Shown piece by piece: positions 38,499 through 48,559 of a DNA stretch of 64,000 nt; position 1 is the stretch's first letter, and each line of letters opens with the position of its first letter. The notes under the pieces are model-generated. The model saw only the letters and a program-made list of their open reading frames with translations. It was not told the origin of the DNA and ran no database searches. The stretch covers positions 1 to 64,000 of the forward strand of contig JAFWVY010000058.1 of assembly GCA_017523725.1 (NCBI GenBank), read 5' to 3'. Made by a program: the position numbers and the translations under genes. This DNA is from Bacteroidales bacterium. GTDB taxonomy: Bacteria > Bacteroidota > Bacteroidia > Bacteroidales > UBA4181.

Positions 38499-39608
38499 AT
38501 GAGCCGTAAAAAAATACGCATCGTATCCATCGTGGCACTTGCAGTCATCCTGCTGGCCGGATGGTATTTCTCCCCGGCCCGGAAAAAGGGTCCCGACGCT
38601 ACGCCAGCAACCACACAAGCCCCTGCCCCGGGCGGTCGAGGCGGCGCCTCGCTTTTCGGCAACAAGCTAAGCGTCACTGGAGTTATCATCCAACCGATGG
38701 AACTCAAAGACTATCTTATCTCGAACTCCACGCTGCAACCTTATGAAGAAGTGGACCTGTCGTTCGAAACTTCCGGCAAGATTACCCACATCTATTTCCA
38801 CGAGGCCACACAGGTCCGGAAAGGCGATTTGCTCGCCAAGATCAACGACCAGCAGTTGCAGGCCCAGTTGCAGAAGAACGAAGTGCGGCTCCAACTGGCC
38901 GAAGCGGACGCCTACCGGCAGAAGATGCTGCTTGAAAAAGACGCCGTCAGCCAGGTGAGATACGATGAGGCCGCCACCTCCGTCGAAGAGATCAAAGCCG
39001 ACATTGAACTCGTCAAGGCACAGATCGCGCTGACCGAACTGCGGGCGCCCTTCGACGGCTTTGTCGGACTGCGGGAAGTCAGCGAAGGCGCCTATATTTC
39101 GCCCGCCACCAAAATCGCAAAACTCACCATCACCCGGCAGCTCAAACTCGAATTCTCCGTACCGGGCAAGTATTCCCATCTGATTACGAAGGACATGCCC
39201 GTCCGGTTCGACATCGACGGCAACACCTACACGGCCCGCATCTACGCCAAAGACTCTAAAATCGACATCGAAACCCGCACCGTGCTGGTGCGTGCCTTGT
39301 ACGACAATGCCGACGGCAGCATCCTGCCTGGACAGTATGCCGGCATCACGCTCGAAGTCATGGCCAATGAGCACGCGCTCGCCGTACCGGCCGAAGCCAT
39401 CATCAACGAGATGGGTCTGTCGTATGTCTATCTGAACCGGAGCGGCAAGGCTCACCGGATCCAGGTCGCCACCAATCTGCGCACCGAGTCGCTGGTCGAA
39501 ATCACAGATGGCCTGGCCACCGGCGACACCGTCATCACCACCGGTATTCTGCAGTTGCGCGAAGGCCTGCCGGTCTCCATCGACCATTTCATCACCGCAG
39601 AAGAATAA
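38499..39608 (+). CDS. RND efflux periplasmic adaptor (membrane fusion protein)
   Basis: N-terminal TM anchor, coiled-coil hairpin (QLQAQLQKNEVRLQLAEADAYRQKMLLEKDAVSQVRYDEAATSVEEIKADIELVKAQIAL), and lipoyl/beta-barrel domains typical of the HlyD/AcrA family. Confidence 0.85.
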   Translation: MSRKKIRIVSIVALAVILLAGWYFSPARKKGPDATPATTQAPAPGGRGGASLFGNKLSVTGVIIQPMELKDYLISNSTLQPYEEVDLSFETSGKITHIYFHEATQVRKGDLLAKINDQQLQAQLQKNEVRLQLAEADAYRQKMLLEKDAVSQVRYDEAATSVEEIKADIELVKAQIALTELRAPFDGFVGLREVSEGAYISPATKIAKLTITRQLKLEFSVPGKYSHLITKDMPVRFDIDGNTYTARIYAKDSKIDIETRTVLVRALYDNADGSILPGQYAGITLEVMANEHALAVPAEAIINEMGLSYVYLNRSGKAHRIQVATNLRTESLVEITDGLATGDTVITTGILQLREGLPVSIDHFITAEE

Positions 39609-39611
39609 GCC

Positions 39612-42600
39612 ATGAATATCTCGTCGCTCTGCATCCAGCGTCCGGTTCTCGCCACGGTCATCAACATCACGATCATCGTGTTCGGCATCCTGGGCGCATC
39701 GTATCTCGGTGTGCGCGAGTATCCGAGCGTAGATCAGCCCATCATCACGGTCAGTGCCTCCTATGCGGGCGCCAACGCTGATGTCATCGAGAAACAAATC
39801 ACGGAAGTACTGGAGCAGGCCATCAACGGCATTCCGGGCATCCGCTCGCTGACCAGTACGAGCCGGCAGGGAAACTCGCGCATCATGGTGGAATTCGAAC
39901 TGGGTGTCGACATGGAAACGGCAGCCAATGACGTCCGCGACAAAGTATCCGGCGTTCAGCGGCGTCTGCCTCAGGACGTGGACGCACCGACCATCTCCAA
40001 ATACGATGCGGATACCAGCCCCATCATGATGATTGTCGTACAGAGCACCTCCCGGTCGATGCTCGACCTGTCGGAAATCGCCGAACTCACGTTCAAGGAA
40101 CGGCTGCAGACCGTGCAGGGCGTGAGCGCCGTCGATATCTGGGGACAGCAGCGTTATTCCATGCGCCTGTGGCTCGACCCGATCAAGATGGGCGCCTTCG
40201 GGCTCACGGCCACCGACGTCTCGACCGCCGTATCGAGAGAAAATGTCGAATTGCCGTCAGGATCCATCGAGGGCGACAATATCTCCCTCAGTATCAGAAC
40301 ACTGGGATTAATGACCACCCCCGATGAATTCAACAATATCATCCTCAAGAAAACCGACAAGCAGATTGTACGGTTCAAGGATATCGGCCGGGCCGAATTT
40401 TATCCCGAGGACGAGTACAGCATTCAGAAAATCAACGGTATCCCGTGCGTCTCATGCGCCATCATTCCGCAGCCGGGAGCCAACCATATCGAAATCGCCG
40501 ACGAGGTTTACAAGCGCATCGAAGAACTCAAGAAAGACCTTCCCGACGACATCAAGACATCGATGGGGTTCGACAACACGGTATATATCAGAGCTTCCAT
40601 CAAGGAAGTAAAGGAAACCATCTACGTGGCGTTCCTGCTTGTCATGCTCATTGTATTCCTGTTCCTGCGGGATTTCCGCACCACCTCCATCCCGATTGTC
40701 GCCATCCCGATTTCGCTCATCGGCTCGTTCTTCCTGATGTACGCCTTCGACTGTTCCGTCAATGTACTGACACTGCTGGCCATCGTGCTGGCCATCGGTC
40801 TGGTGGTGGACGACGTCATTGTGATGACCGAGAACATCTACGTCAAGATTGAACGGGGCATGCCGCCCAAGGAAGCCGGCATGGCCGGTTCGGAAGAGAT
40901 TTTCTTCGCCATCATATCCACCACGGTCACGCTGGTTTCCATCTTCCTGCACATCCTGTTCATGAAAGGCGTCACCGGCAAATTGTTCCGGGAATTCGCC
41001 ATCGTCATCTCAGGCGCCGTGGCCATTTCGTCGGTCGTCGCGCTGACCTTCATGCCAATGCTGGCCACCAAGTTCCTGCGCAAACAGGAAAGGAAGAACT
41101 GGTTCTACGAACTGACCGAGCCGTTCTTCGTCTGGCTCGCCAATTTCTACAGAAGATCGCTCGAAGCCTTCCTGCGGCATCGCTGGGCAGCCCTGCTGAT
41201 TACCGTGGCGGCATTCGCCTGCATCGCCGTCTTCTACCTGGCCATCCCGTCAGAGTTGTCACCGCTGGAAGACCGTTCCCAACTGTCGGTCAACGTAACC
41301 GCCCAGGAAGGCGCCACCCCGGAATATATCGTCGATTTCATCCAAGGCGTGGGAGAAGACATCCGCAAGAACTTTGAGGAAAAAATGGAAATCACGACCA
41401 TGATGCGCGGCGGCGGCGGTTTCATCCGCATCGTGCTCGAGAACCCGAAATTCCGCCAACGTTCGCAGCAGGAAATTGCGGATGAGATCTCGCAGATGCT
41501 GCGGCCGTACACCAAGGCCCGGACGTTTGTCTCGCAGCAGTCGAGTATCGGCACCAACCGCGGCGGCATGCCCGTCCAGTACGTGCTGCAGGCCCCATCC
41601 GTCGAGAAACTGCGCGAAGTCCTGCCGGAATTCATGGCCAGAGTCAACGAAAGCACCGTGCTCCGGCAGGCCGATGTCAACCTCAAGTTCACGAAACCCG
41701 AACTGCATGTCATCGTAAACCGCGACAAAGCCGCCCAGCTGGGCGTCACCACCCGCGACATCGGCAACGCCTTCCAGCTGGCGCTTTCCGGCCAGCGCAT
41801 CGGCTACTTCTACATGAATGGCAAGCAGTACCAGATTGTCGGCATGCTCAACCGACAGGACCGCAACCGTCCCTCCGACATCCGGTCGCTCTACGTCCGC
41901 AACCGCGAAGGCAAGATGATTCAGCTCGACAACCTGGTCGATCTGGTCGAAGACTCTGCGCCGCCGTCCATTTTCCATTACAACCGGTTCATTTCGGCCA
42001 CCGTATCGTCCGGACTCCAGAAGGGTTACACCATCGGACAGGGTCTGGAAGAAATGGACCGCATCGCAGCCGACGTGCTGGATGACACCTTCCGGACGGC
42101 CCTCGCCGGCGAATCGAAGGAATTCCAGGACAGCTCATCGAGCCTGTTCTTCGCCTTCGGTCTGGCCCTGATCCTGATTTTCCTGGTGCTCGCCGCCCAG
42201 TTCGAGAGTTTCAAAGACCCGCTCATCATCATGTTTACGGTGCCGCTGGCATTGTTCGGCGCCCTCTTCTTCATGTGGGTGTTCGGCGTCACCATGAACA
42301 TCTTCAGTGAAATCGCGCTGATTATGCTGATCGGCCTGGTGGCCAAGAACGGCATCCTGATCGTCGAATTCGCCAACCAGCGCAAGGAAAGCGGCCTTGC
42401 CAAATCCGAGGCCATTGTGGACGCCTCGACCCAGCGATTCCGCCCGATTCTGATGACCGCTCTTTCCACCATCCTGGGTATTCTGCCGCTCTGTTTCGTC
42501 ATCGGCGAAGGCGCCAACGGCCGCATCGCCATGGGTATCCCCGTCGTGGGAGGCATGACTATTGCGACCTTCCTGACATTGTACATCGTACCGGCCATCT

Positions 42601-42656
42601 ATTCCTATATTTCGACCGACACCGAAAAAATCACGATTCGAAAAAGCCATGAATAA
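39612..42656 (+). CDS. RND multidrug efflux transporter permease (HAE1, AcrB/AcrD/AcrF family)
   Basis: 1014 aa with 12 TM segments and two large periplasmic loops. The conserved start is MNISSLCIQRPVLATVINITIIVFGILG. Confidence 0.9.
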   Translation: MNISSLCIQRPVLATVINITIIVFGILGASYLGVREYPSVDQPIITVSASYAGANADVIEKQITEVLEQAINGIPGIRSLTSTSRQGNSRIMVEFELGVDMETAANDVRDKVSGVQRRLPQDVDAPTISKYDADTSPIMMIVVQSTSRSMLDLSEIAELTFKERLQTVQGVSAVDIWGQQRYSMRLWLDPIKMGAFGLTATDVSTAVSRENVELPSGSIEGDNISLSIRTLGLMTTPDEFNNIILKKTDKQIVRFKDIGRAEFYPEDEYSIQKINGIPCVSCAIIPQPGANHIEIADEVYKRIEELKKDLPDDIKTSMGFDNTVYIRASIKEVKETIYVAFLLVMLIVFLFLRDFRTTSIPIVAIPISLIGSFFLMYAFDCSVNVLTLLAIVLAIGLVVDDVIVMTENIYVKIERGMPPKEAGMAGSEEIFFAIISTTVTLVSIFLHILFMKGVTGKLFREFAIVISGAVAISSVVALTFMPMLATKFLRKQERKNWFYELTEPFFVWLANFYRRSLEAFLRHRWAALLITVAAFACIAVFYLAIPSELSPLEDRSQLSVNVTAQEGATPEYIVDFIQGVGEDIRKNFEEKMEITTMMRGGGGFIRIVLENPKFRQRSQQEIADEISQMLRPYTKARTFVSQQSSIGTNRGGMPVQYVLQAPSVEKLREVLPEFMARVNESTVLRQADVNLKFTKPELHVIVNRDKAAQLGVTTRDIGNAFQLALSGQRIGYFYMNGKQYQIVGMLNRQDRNRPSDIRSLYVRNREGKMIQLDNLVDLVEDSAPPSIFHYNRFISATVSSGLQKGYTIGQGLEEMDRIAADVLDDTFRTALAGESKEFQDSSSSLFFAFGLALILIFLVLAAQFESFKDPLIIMFTVPLALFGALFFMWVFGVTMNIFSEIALIMLIGLVAKNGILIVEFANQRKESGLAKSEAIVDASTQRFRPILMTALSTILGILPLCFVIGEGANGRIAMGIPVVGGMTIATFLTLYIVPAIYSYISTDTEKITIRKSHE

Positions 42657-43980
42657 GCCAACGGTTTACATACTCGCCCTGCTCTGCTGCCTAGCCCTCC
42701 CGGCGGAAGCGCAGCAGAAGCTTTCGTTGCCGGAGTGCATTGACATCGGTCTGGAGCAGAACTATCAGATCCGCATGGCCCGCAACGAACAGGAAATTTC
42801 CGACCGCAACGTTTCGCTCGGCAACGCAGGATACCTGCCGCAGCTCCGGCTGAACGCAGGGGCTTCCGGTTCGCTGAACAACACCTCATACGACACACGG
42901 ACGGGCGGCACGGAAAAAGTGAACGGCAGCAATGTCAACACCCTGTCCTCAAATGTGGGACTGACATATACGCTGTTCAACGGTTTCACGGTCCGTACCA
43001 CCTATCAGCGTCTGAAGGAACTGCAGGCGGTCGGGGAACTGGCTACCCGGCAAGCCGTCGAAAGTTTCATCGCCGACCTCGCCGCCCAGTACTACAACGT
43101 GGTCCGTCAGGAAATGCTCCACAACAACCTGCTCTATACGCTCGACCTGTCCCGCCAGCGCCTCAACATCGTTCAGGCACGGTACGAACTGGGGGCCAGT
43201 TCCAAACTCGACGTACTGCAGGCACAGGTGGATTTCAACCGCGACAGCTCCCGGCTGGTGCAGCAATACGAGACCATGAAGAACGCCTATATCGCTCTGA
43301 ACACCCTGCTGGCCGAAGAGAATCTGGATACCGAAATCCAGCCGGCTGACGAAGACATCCTTTTTTCGCCGGACCTGACCTACGACGTGCTGCTGGACCG
43401 GACCATGGAAAACAACGCGACACTGGGCATGGCACGCCACCAGCAGCAGATCTCCTCGCTCGACCTGCGCATCCAGGAAGGCCAGGCCTATCCCACCGTC
43501 TCGCTCACCTCGCAGTATGGCTACTCGTCCAACCTGTACAACCGCAAAGCCAACGCCAACAACGAAAGGCAGAGTACGCTGGGATTGAGCTACGGCGCCA
43601 CAGTGGGGTTCAACCTGTTCAACGGCGGCGACCGGCGGCGGATGATACGGAACGCCCGGACATCTCTCGAGAACCAGCAGTTGTCGTATCTCCAGACCGA
43701 GCAACGCGTCCGGAGTGCCCTGCTTTCAGAGTTCATGAGCTACGAAAACAACAAGAGTCTGCTGGCACTGGCGCTGCAGAATCTGGAAACGTCGCACGAA
43801 AACTACGACACGGCCATGGAGCGCTACCGGCTGGGCGAACTCTCCGGCATCGAGCTCCGCGAAGTGCAGGAGAACCTGCATGATGCCGAGGAAAGTGTCA
43901 TTGATGCAAAATACCAGGTCAAACTGGCCGAGATCTCCCTGCAGCAATTGTCCGCATCCATCACCGATTACATGCAATAA
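42649..43980 (+). CDS. TolC-family outer membrane efflux protein
   Basis: Signal peptide, then two repeats of the OEP alpha-helical/beta-strand pattern; 443 aa. It overlaps the pump gene by 8 nt. Confidence 0.85.
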   Translation: MNKPTVYILALLCCLALPAEAQQKLSLPECIDIGLEQNYQIRMARNEQEISDRNVSLGNAGYLPQLRLNAGASGSLNNTSYDTRTGGTEKVNGSNVNTLSSNVGLTYTLFNGFTVRTTYQRLKELQAVGELATRQAVESFIADLAAQYYNVVRQEMLHNNLLYTLDLSRQRLNIVQARYELGASSKLDVLQAQVDFNRDSSRLVQQYETMKNAYIALNTLLAEENLDTEIQPADEDILFSPDLTYDVLLDRTMENNATLGMARHQQQISSLDLRIQEGQAYPTVSLTSQYGYSSNLYNRKANANNERQSTLGLSYGATVGFNLFNGGDRRRMIRNARTSLENQQLSYLQTEQRVRSALLSEFMSYENNKSLLALALQNLETSHENYDTAMERYRLGELSGIELREVQENLHDAEESVIDAKYQVKLAEISLQQLSASITDYMQ

Positions 43981-43983
43981 TCC

Positions 43984-45048
43984 ATGATACGACGTCCCAC
44001 ATTCCCGTTTCTTTCCGGCATCCTGCTCCCGATGCTGCTTCTGCTGCTGGCCGGCGGAACGGTGAGTGCCCAGCGCATCAACGATTCCTCCATAAAGAGC
44101 GCGGGAAACACGGCCAAAGGCATCCGCTCCGAAGCCAACAAGCTGCCTGGCGTCAACGATTCCATCCACTGGAAACACGGCGGAAACCTGAGCCTGCAGT
44201 TCTCGCAGCTTGCCTTGACACACTGGTCGGCCGGCGGCGAACGGAAAATAGACTTCACCGCCAAGGCCAGTCTGTACCTCACCCACCGCAAAAACAAGAT
44301 CACATTCGAGAACTACGGCAACTTCGAGTTCGGTGAAATCAAGAAAGGCAAAGGCGATTTCATGAAGAGTACCGACCGGATAGAAATCTCTTCCAAAGTC
44401 GGTTATAGCATCAATCCACGCTGGAACTACTCCAGCGGTCTGATTGCCAAGACCCAGTTCGCGCCAGGCTTCAAATACTCGGCGAAAGACACGGTCCGTA
44501 TCTCGCAGTTCGCCGCACCGCTCACCATCTTCCTGTCGCTCGGTGTCGATTGCAAACCGTTCAAGAACAACAGCGGTTCCATTGTGTTGTCACCGGCCAT
44601 GGGCAAGGCGACCATTGTGGCCTCCGACGATTTCAACATCCAGAAAAACGCCGGTCTGACCAAGAAAATTACCTACATCGATGCGGACGGCAATACCAAA
44701 ACCGAAACCATCGGCCAACGCGAGCGGTTCGAGTTCGGCGGCGGTATGGTCATCTCGCTCAACGGATACCTGTGGAAGGCCAATCCGGAGAAACTGAAGA
44801 ATCCCGACCGGAACAAACGGAACGCCGTCACTTACAAGTCATCGCTCGAACTCTTCTCGAACTATGCAGAAAAGGCCGGTAACATCGATATCGACTGGCA
44901 GTACGAAATGGGCATCAAGCTGGGCATGTACACAACGGCCAACTTCACATATGCCCTTAAATACGACGACGACCAGTCGGAAGGCGACCGGGGGCCTCAG
45001 GTACAGTTAAGAGAATATTTCTCGCTGGGATTCTCCTTCACATTCTAG
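43984..45048 (+). CDS. DUF3078-like outer membrane beta-barrel protein
   Basis: Signal peptide, alternating amphipathic beta-strand pattern, C-terminal aromatic FSFTF. It starts 4 nt after the TolC stop and is co-transcribed with the efflux operon. Confidence 0.55.
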   Translation: MIRRPTFPFLSGILLPMLLLLLAGGTVSAQRINDSSIKSAGNTAKGIRSEANKLPGVNDSIHWKHGGNLSLQFSQLALTHWSAGGERKIDFTAKASLYLTHRKNKITFENYGNFEFGEIKKGKGDFMKSTDRIEISSKVGYSINPRWNYSSGLIAKTQFAPGFKYSAKDTVRISQFAAPLTIFLSLGVDCKPFKNNSGSIVLSPAMGKATIVASDDFNIQKNAGLTKKITYIDADGNTKTETIGQRERFEFGGGMVISLNGYLWKANPEKLKNPDRNKRNAVTYKSSLELFSNYAEKAGNIDIDWQYEMGIKLGMYTTANFTYALKYDDDQSEGDRGPQVQLREYFSLGFSFTF

Positions 45049-45080
45049 ACCCTGCGCAACGGGCCGGAAGGGTGCCCGCA

Positions 45081-45446
45081 CTAATCCATGCCGGAAAAGA
45101 AATCATCCAGTTCCCGGCGGTCTTTTTTGGTAGGCCGCCCGGTGCCTCTGTCGCGCAAACCGAAGGAAGCCATGCGGGCCATGTCGAGTTTTTCGAGTTC
45201 GGCGGCCGGCGTCTCATCGGCAATAAACTCCGGCACCCGTGCGGCCGGCAGCCGGTTTCCCGTCAGCCCCAGCACACGGTAGCGATATACGACCGGCATT
45301 TTTCGCACCGATATCACGTCGCCCTCGCGGACCTGCCGGGAAGGCTTGCAGGCCGTGTCCTGCACCGTCACGTGCCCCTTCTCGCAGGCCTCAGCCGCCA
45401 GGGCGCGCGTCTTGAAGAGGCGCACCGACCAAAGGAATTTGTCCAT
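45081..45446 (-). CDS. hslR: Ribosome-associated heat shock protein Hsp15 (S4 RNA-binding domain)
   Basis: MDKFLWSVRLFKTRALAAEACEKGHVTVQDTACKPSRQVREGDVISV is an S4 domain. Internal ATG at 45446. Confidence 0.75.
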   Translation of the reverse strand: MDKFLWSVRLFKTRALAAEACEKGHVTVQDTACKPSRQVREGDVISVRKMPVVYRYRVLGLTGNRLPAARVPEFIADETPAAELEKLDMARMASFGLRDRGTGRPTKKDRRELDDFFSGMD

Positions 45447-45465
45447 TCTGACCGTGCCGTCCATA

Positions 45466-46029
45466 TTACTTGCCGTTAAAACTGCTCATGGCCCGGGCCG
45501 GGCCGGCCAGTACGAATTCGCGGATCATCTCCACCGCCGTCGGCAGCTTGCCGGCAACCGTCTCTTCCTCTTCCGCCGACCATTCGCCCAGCACATAATC
45601 CACCTGTCCGCCGCGGGCAAACCCGTTGCCGACACCGAACCGGAGGCGGGCATATTCCGCCGAACCGAGCACCGCCTCGATATCCTTCAGTCCGTTATGT
45701 CCGCCGGCACCACCCTTGGTCCGCATGCGCAAGGTACCCAGCGGCAGTGCAATGTCATCCACCAGCACCAGCAGACGTTCCACCGGAATCTTCTCCTGTT
45801 GCATCCAGTAACGCACCGCCTTCCCGCTCAGATTCATGAACGTGGACGGCTTGATGACGACCGCCTCCTGCGAACGGATGCGCAGCGTGGCCACGGAAGC
45901 ATAACGCTGGGTCGTGAAGGTCGCCCCGCATGCATCGGCCAGCGCATCAGCCATACGGAAACCGATGTTATGCCGCGTCCGGCTGTATTCTTCGCCGGGA
46001 TTCCCCAGACCGACTATGAGATATTTCAT
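45466..46029 (-). CDS. pth: Peptidyl-tRNA hydrolase
   Basis: MKYLIVGLGNPGEEYSRTRHNIGF...GHNGLKD is canonical Pth. Internal ATG 46029; the upstream extension MGWFSFFFKKK is unlikely to be coding. Confidence 0.9.
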   Translation of the reverse strand: MKYLIVGLGNPGEEYSRTRHNIGFRMADALADACGATFTTQRYASVATLRIRSQEAVVIKPSTFMNLSGKAVRYWMQQEKIPVERLLVLVDDIALPLGTLRMRTKGGAGGHNGLKDIEAVLGSAEYARLRFGVGNGFARGGQVDYVLGEWSAEEEETVAGKLPTAVEMIREFVLAGPARAMSSFNGK

Positions 46030-46154
46030 GGTATCCGGTTTCCTTTCAGATGACTTTTTCTTGAAGAAAAAACTGAACCAACCCATATATGATATGAAAA
46101 AAAAGCCTCATAAGGCATTCCCTACGAGGCTTGTTATACCTTCCTGCCGGACGG

Positions 46155-46736
46155 TTACTCAGCCGCGGCCGTCTGTTCCTCCGCTGTAGCCGTGGCACGC
46201 GTGGCGCGCACCGACACAATCGGCGTACCCTTCGGCATCATCACCTCCACCGACGCGATGTCGATGTCACCAGCCTTGATGGAACGGCCGACGCCCAGTG
46301 TCGTAATGTCCAGCACAACCACATCGGGAATATCCTTGACCAGGCCTTTCAGTCTGATTTTACGTTTCTCTATGGCCAGCTTGCCACCTTCGCGCACACC
46401 GATGGAAGAGCCCGAAGTCTTGAGCGGCATGTCAATCACGATCGGCTTATCATCGAAGATCTCCAGAAAATCAACGTGCAGCGGTTGGTCCGAGGTCGGA
46501 TGCATCTGCAGTTCCTTGATGATTGCCTGATGCACGTCACCATCGATATCAATGTTGACGACATGCACATCGGGTGTATAGAGAACGTCCTTGAATGCTT
46601 TCAACTCAGCCTGAAAGTCGATATGCTCTTTTCCCCCATACAAAACGCAAGGAACCATTTCGTTCTTTCTGATTTCTTTCGCGGCTTTCTTGCCCAATTC
46701 TTTCCTTAAAGAAGCTTTAAGCGTAATTGACTTCAT
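46155..46736 (-). CDS. rplY: 50S ribosomal protein L25 / general stress protein Ctc
   Basis: RKELGKKAAKEIRKNEMVPCVLYGGKEHIDFQAELKAF has the L25 N-domain, with a Ctc-type C-terminal extension. Gene order prs-ctc-pth is conserved. Confidence 0.85.
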   Translation of the reverse strand: MKSITLKASLRKELGKKAAKEIRKNEMVPCVLYGGKEHIDFQAELKAFKDVLYTPDVHVVNIDIDGDVHQAIIKELQMHPTSDQPLHVDFLEIFDDKPIVIDMPLKTSGSSIGVREGGKLAIEKRKIRLKGLVKDIPDVVVLDITTLGVGRSIKAGDIDIASVEVMMPKGTPIVSVRATRATATAEEQTAAAE

Positions 46737-46918
46737 ATCCTTTTACATTAATTGTCTTACTGTTACAGCAAAAAAACGGCTCCTTGAGCTCACTTTTTTG
46801 AGGGTGCAAATATAATGTTTTTTATTAGCAAACAAAACTTTGTCAACGACTTTTCAGATTTGCCGGAACAACCTGCAACGGCCCGGCGGACGCCGGAACC
46901 GGGCAAAACCGGAGCCGT

Positions 46919-47857
46919 TTATTTACCAAGGAAATTGTCGCTGATAGACTGGTGCGTGTAAACCTTGTACATCACATCGGCAAACACATCGGCCACGGTC
47001 AGCACCTTGATCTTGGGATGCGGTTTCTTCAGCGGAATTGTATCAGTGACAATCAGTTCCGTCAGCGAAGACTTCTCAATGCGTTCGTAGGCAGGCCCGG
47101 ACAGCACCGCATGCGAGCAGACGGCGCGGACGGAGGTCGCTCCCAGCCCGTGCAGCAGGTCAGCCGCCATGGTCAGCGTACCGGCCGTATCGACCATGTC
47201 ATCCACGATAACCACATCGCGGCCCATGACATCGCCGAGCACCCGCATCTCGCTCACCTCGTTGGCTTTTTTACGATGCTTGTACCCGATGACCATTTCC
47301 GTGTTCAGGAAACTGGCATAGGCATTGGCACGCTTCGTGCCGCCCATGTCCGGCGCAGCAATCACCAGGTTCGGCAGGTTCAGGCTCTTGAGATAGGGTA
47401 CAAAAATCGGAGACGCATACAAATGATCCACCGGCACATCGAAGAAACCTTGGATGGCGTCGGCATGCAAATCGAGCGTCATGACACGGTCGATACCGGC
47501 GGCGCACAGCAGGTTGGCCACCAGTTTGGCCCCGATGGCGCAACGCGGACGGTCCTTTCTGTCCTGACGTGCCATGCCGAAATAAGGAATGACCGCCACC
47601 ACCTTGTTGGCCGAAGCCCGCTTGGCGGCGTCCACCATCAGCAGCAGTTCCATGAGATTTTCGGCCGGCGGATAGGTCGACTGGATGATGAACACACTGG
47701 CACCCCGGACGGATTCTTCATAGGCAGGCTGGAACTCGCCGTCGCTGAAACGCAGAAGGGTGTGTTTCCCCAATTCAACACCGTAGGACGCGGCTATTTT
47801 CTGAGCCAGATCCATGGATGCACTTCCCGCAAAGATTTTAATCGGATTGTATGCCAT
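46919..47857 (-). CDS. prs: Ribose-phosphate pyrophosphokinase
   Basis: IKIFAGSASMDLAQKIA...PYFGMARQDRKDRPR...VVIVDDMVDTAGTL (PRPP-binding site). Confidence 0.95.
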   Translation of the reverse strand: MAYNPIKIFAGSASMDLAQKIAASYGVELGKHTLLRFSDGEFQPAYEESVRGASVFIIQSTYPPAENLMELLLMVDAAKRASANKVVAVIPYFGMARQDRKDRPRCAIGAKLVANLLCAAGIDRVMTLDLHADAIQGFFDVPVDHLYASPIFVPYLKSLNLPNLVIAAPDMGGTKRANAYASFLNTEMVIGYKHRKKANEVSEMRVLGDVMGRDVVIVDDMVDTAGTLTMAADLLHGLGATSVRAVCSHAVLSGPAYERIEKSSLTELIVTDTIPLKKPHPKIKVLTVADVFADVMYKVYTHQSISDNFLGK

Positions 47858-47962
47858 ATTTTTCAGTCGTTATGATTCATTCCGCGGCAAAGGTAAGAAG
47901 AAAGGCCATTGGATATCCAAGCGGCGGAACTTTTTCTTAACAATGATTTACTTATTTGATAA

Positions 47963-48559
47963 TCAATTGTTTGATTTAATAGAACCGAGAATAAAACGCA
48001 ACAGCTCGTCGCGTCCGGCGTGCGTGGCGGAAGAGGTGAAGAAAACAGGCGGAAAGGTTTCCCACGTCTCGGACAACCGCCGCATGAAAGCGTCCGTGTT
48101 GACACGCCAGCGACGTTCCGGCAACTTGTCGGTTTTGGTAAACACCAGTGCGAACGGAATGCCGTTCTCGCCCAGATAGTTCACAAAGCGTATATCGATT
48201 TCCTGCGGCGGAATACGCGAATCGACCAGCACAAGCAGGCAGTGCAGCGTTTCTCGCCGCGCAATGTAGTCGAGCGCGGCCGCCGCGAACTGCGAGCGCT
48301 GTTCCCGCGAGACTTTGGCATAGCCGTAGCCTGGAAGATCGACCAGACGCCAACTGTCGTCCACCGTAAAGAATACAATGTGCCGCGTCTTGCCGGGAAC
48401 CGACGAGACCTTCGCCAGATTCCCGTGCCGTGTCAACATATTGATAAGAGACGACTTGCCCACGTTGGACCGGCCGATAAACGCGAACTCCGGCAACGTG
48501 GGCAAGGGACACGATGCTAAATCAGGGCTGCTTTGCAGAAAAACCGCCTTTTTAATCAT
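47963..48559 (-). CDS. engB: Ribosome biogenesis GTP-binding protein EngB (YihA/YsxC)
   Basis: PEFAFIGRSNVGKSSLIN (G1), DLPGYGYAKVS (G3), TKTDKL (G4). Confidence 0.9.
   Translation of the reverse strand: MIKKAVFLQSSPDLASCPLPTLPEFAFIGRSNVGKSSLINMLTRHGNLAKVSSVPGKTRHIVFFTVDDSWRLVDLPGYGYAKVSREQRSQFAAAALDYIARRETLHCLLVLVDSRIPPQEIDIRFVNYLGENGIPFALVFTKTDKLPERRWRVNTDAFMRRLSETWETFPPVFFTSSATHAGRDELLRFILGSIKSNN

Noticed and set aside
46760-46790. Possible weak terminator (A7, then gctc-ctt-gagc, then T6) between prs and rplY.
   Set aside because: The stem is only 4 to 5 bp. prs-rplY-pth-hslR is more likely one operon with read-through, so it is not reported as a feature.
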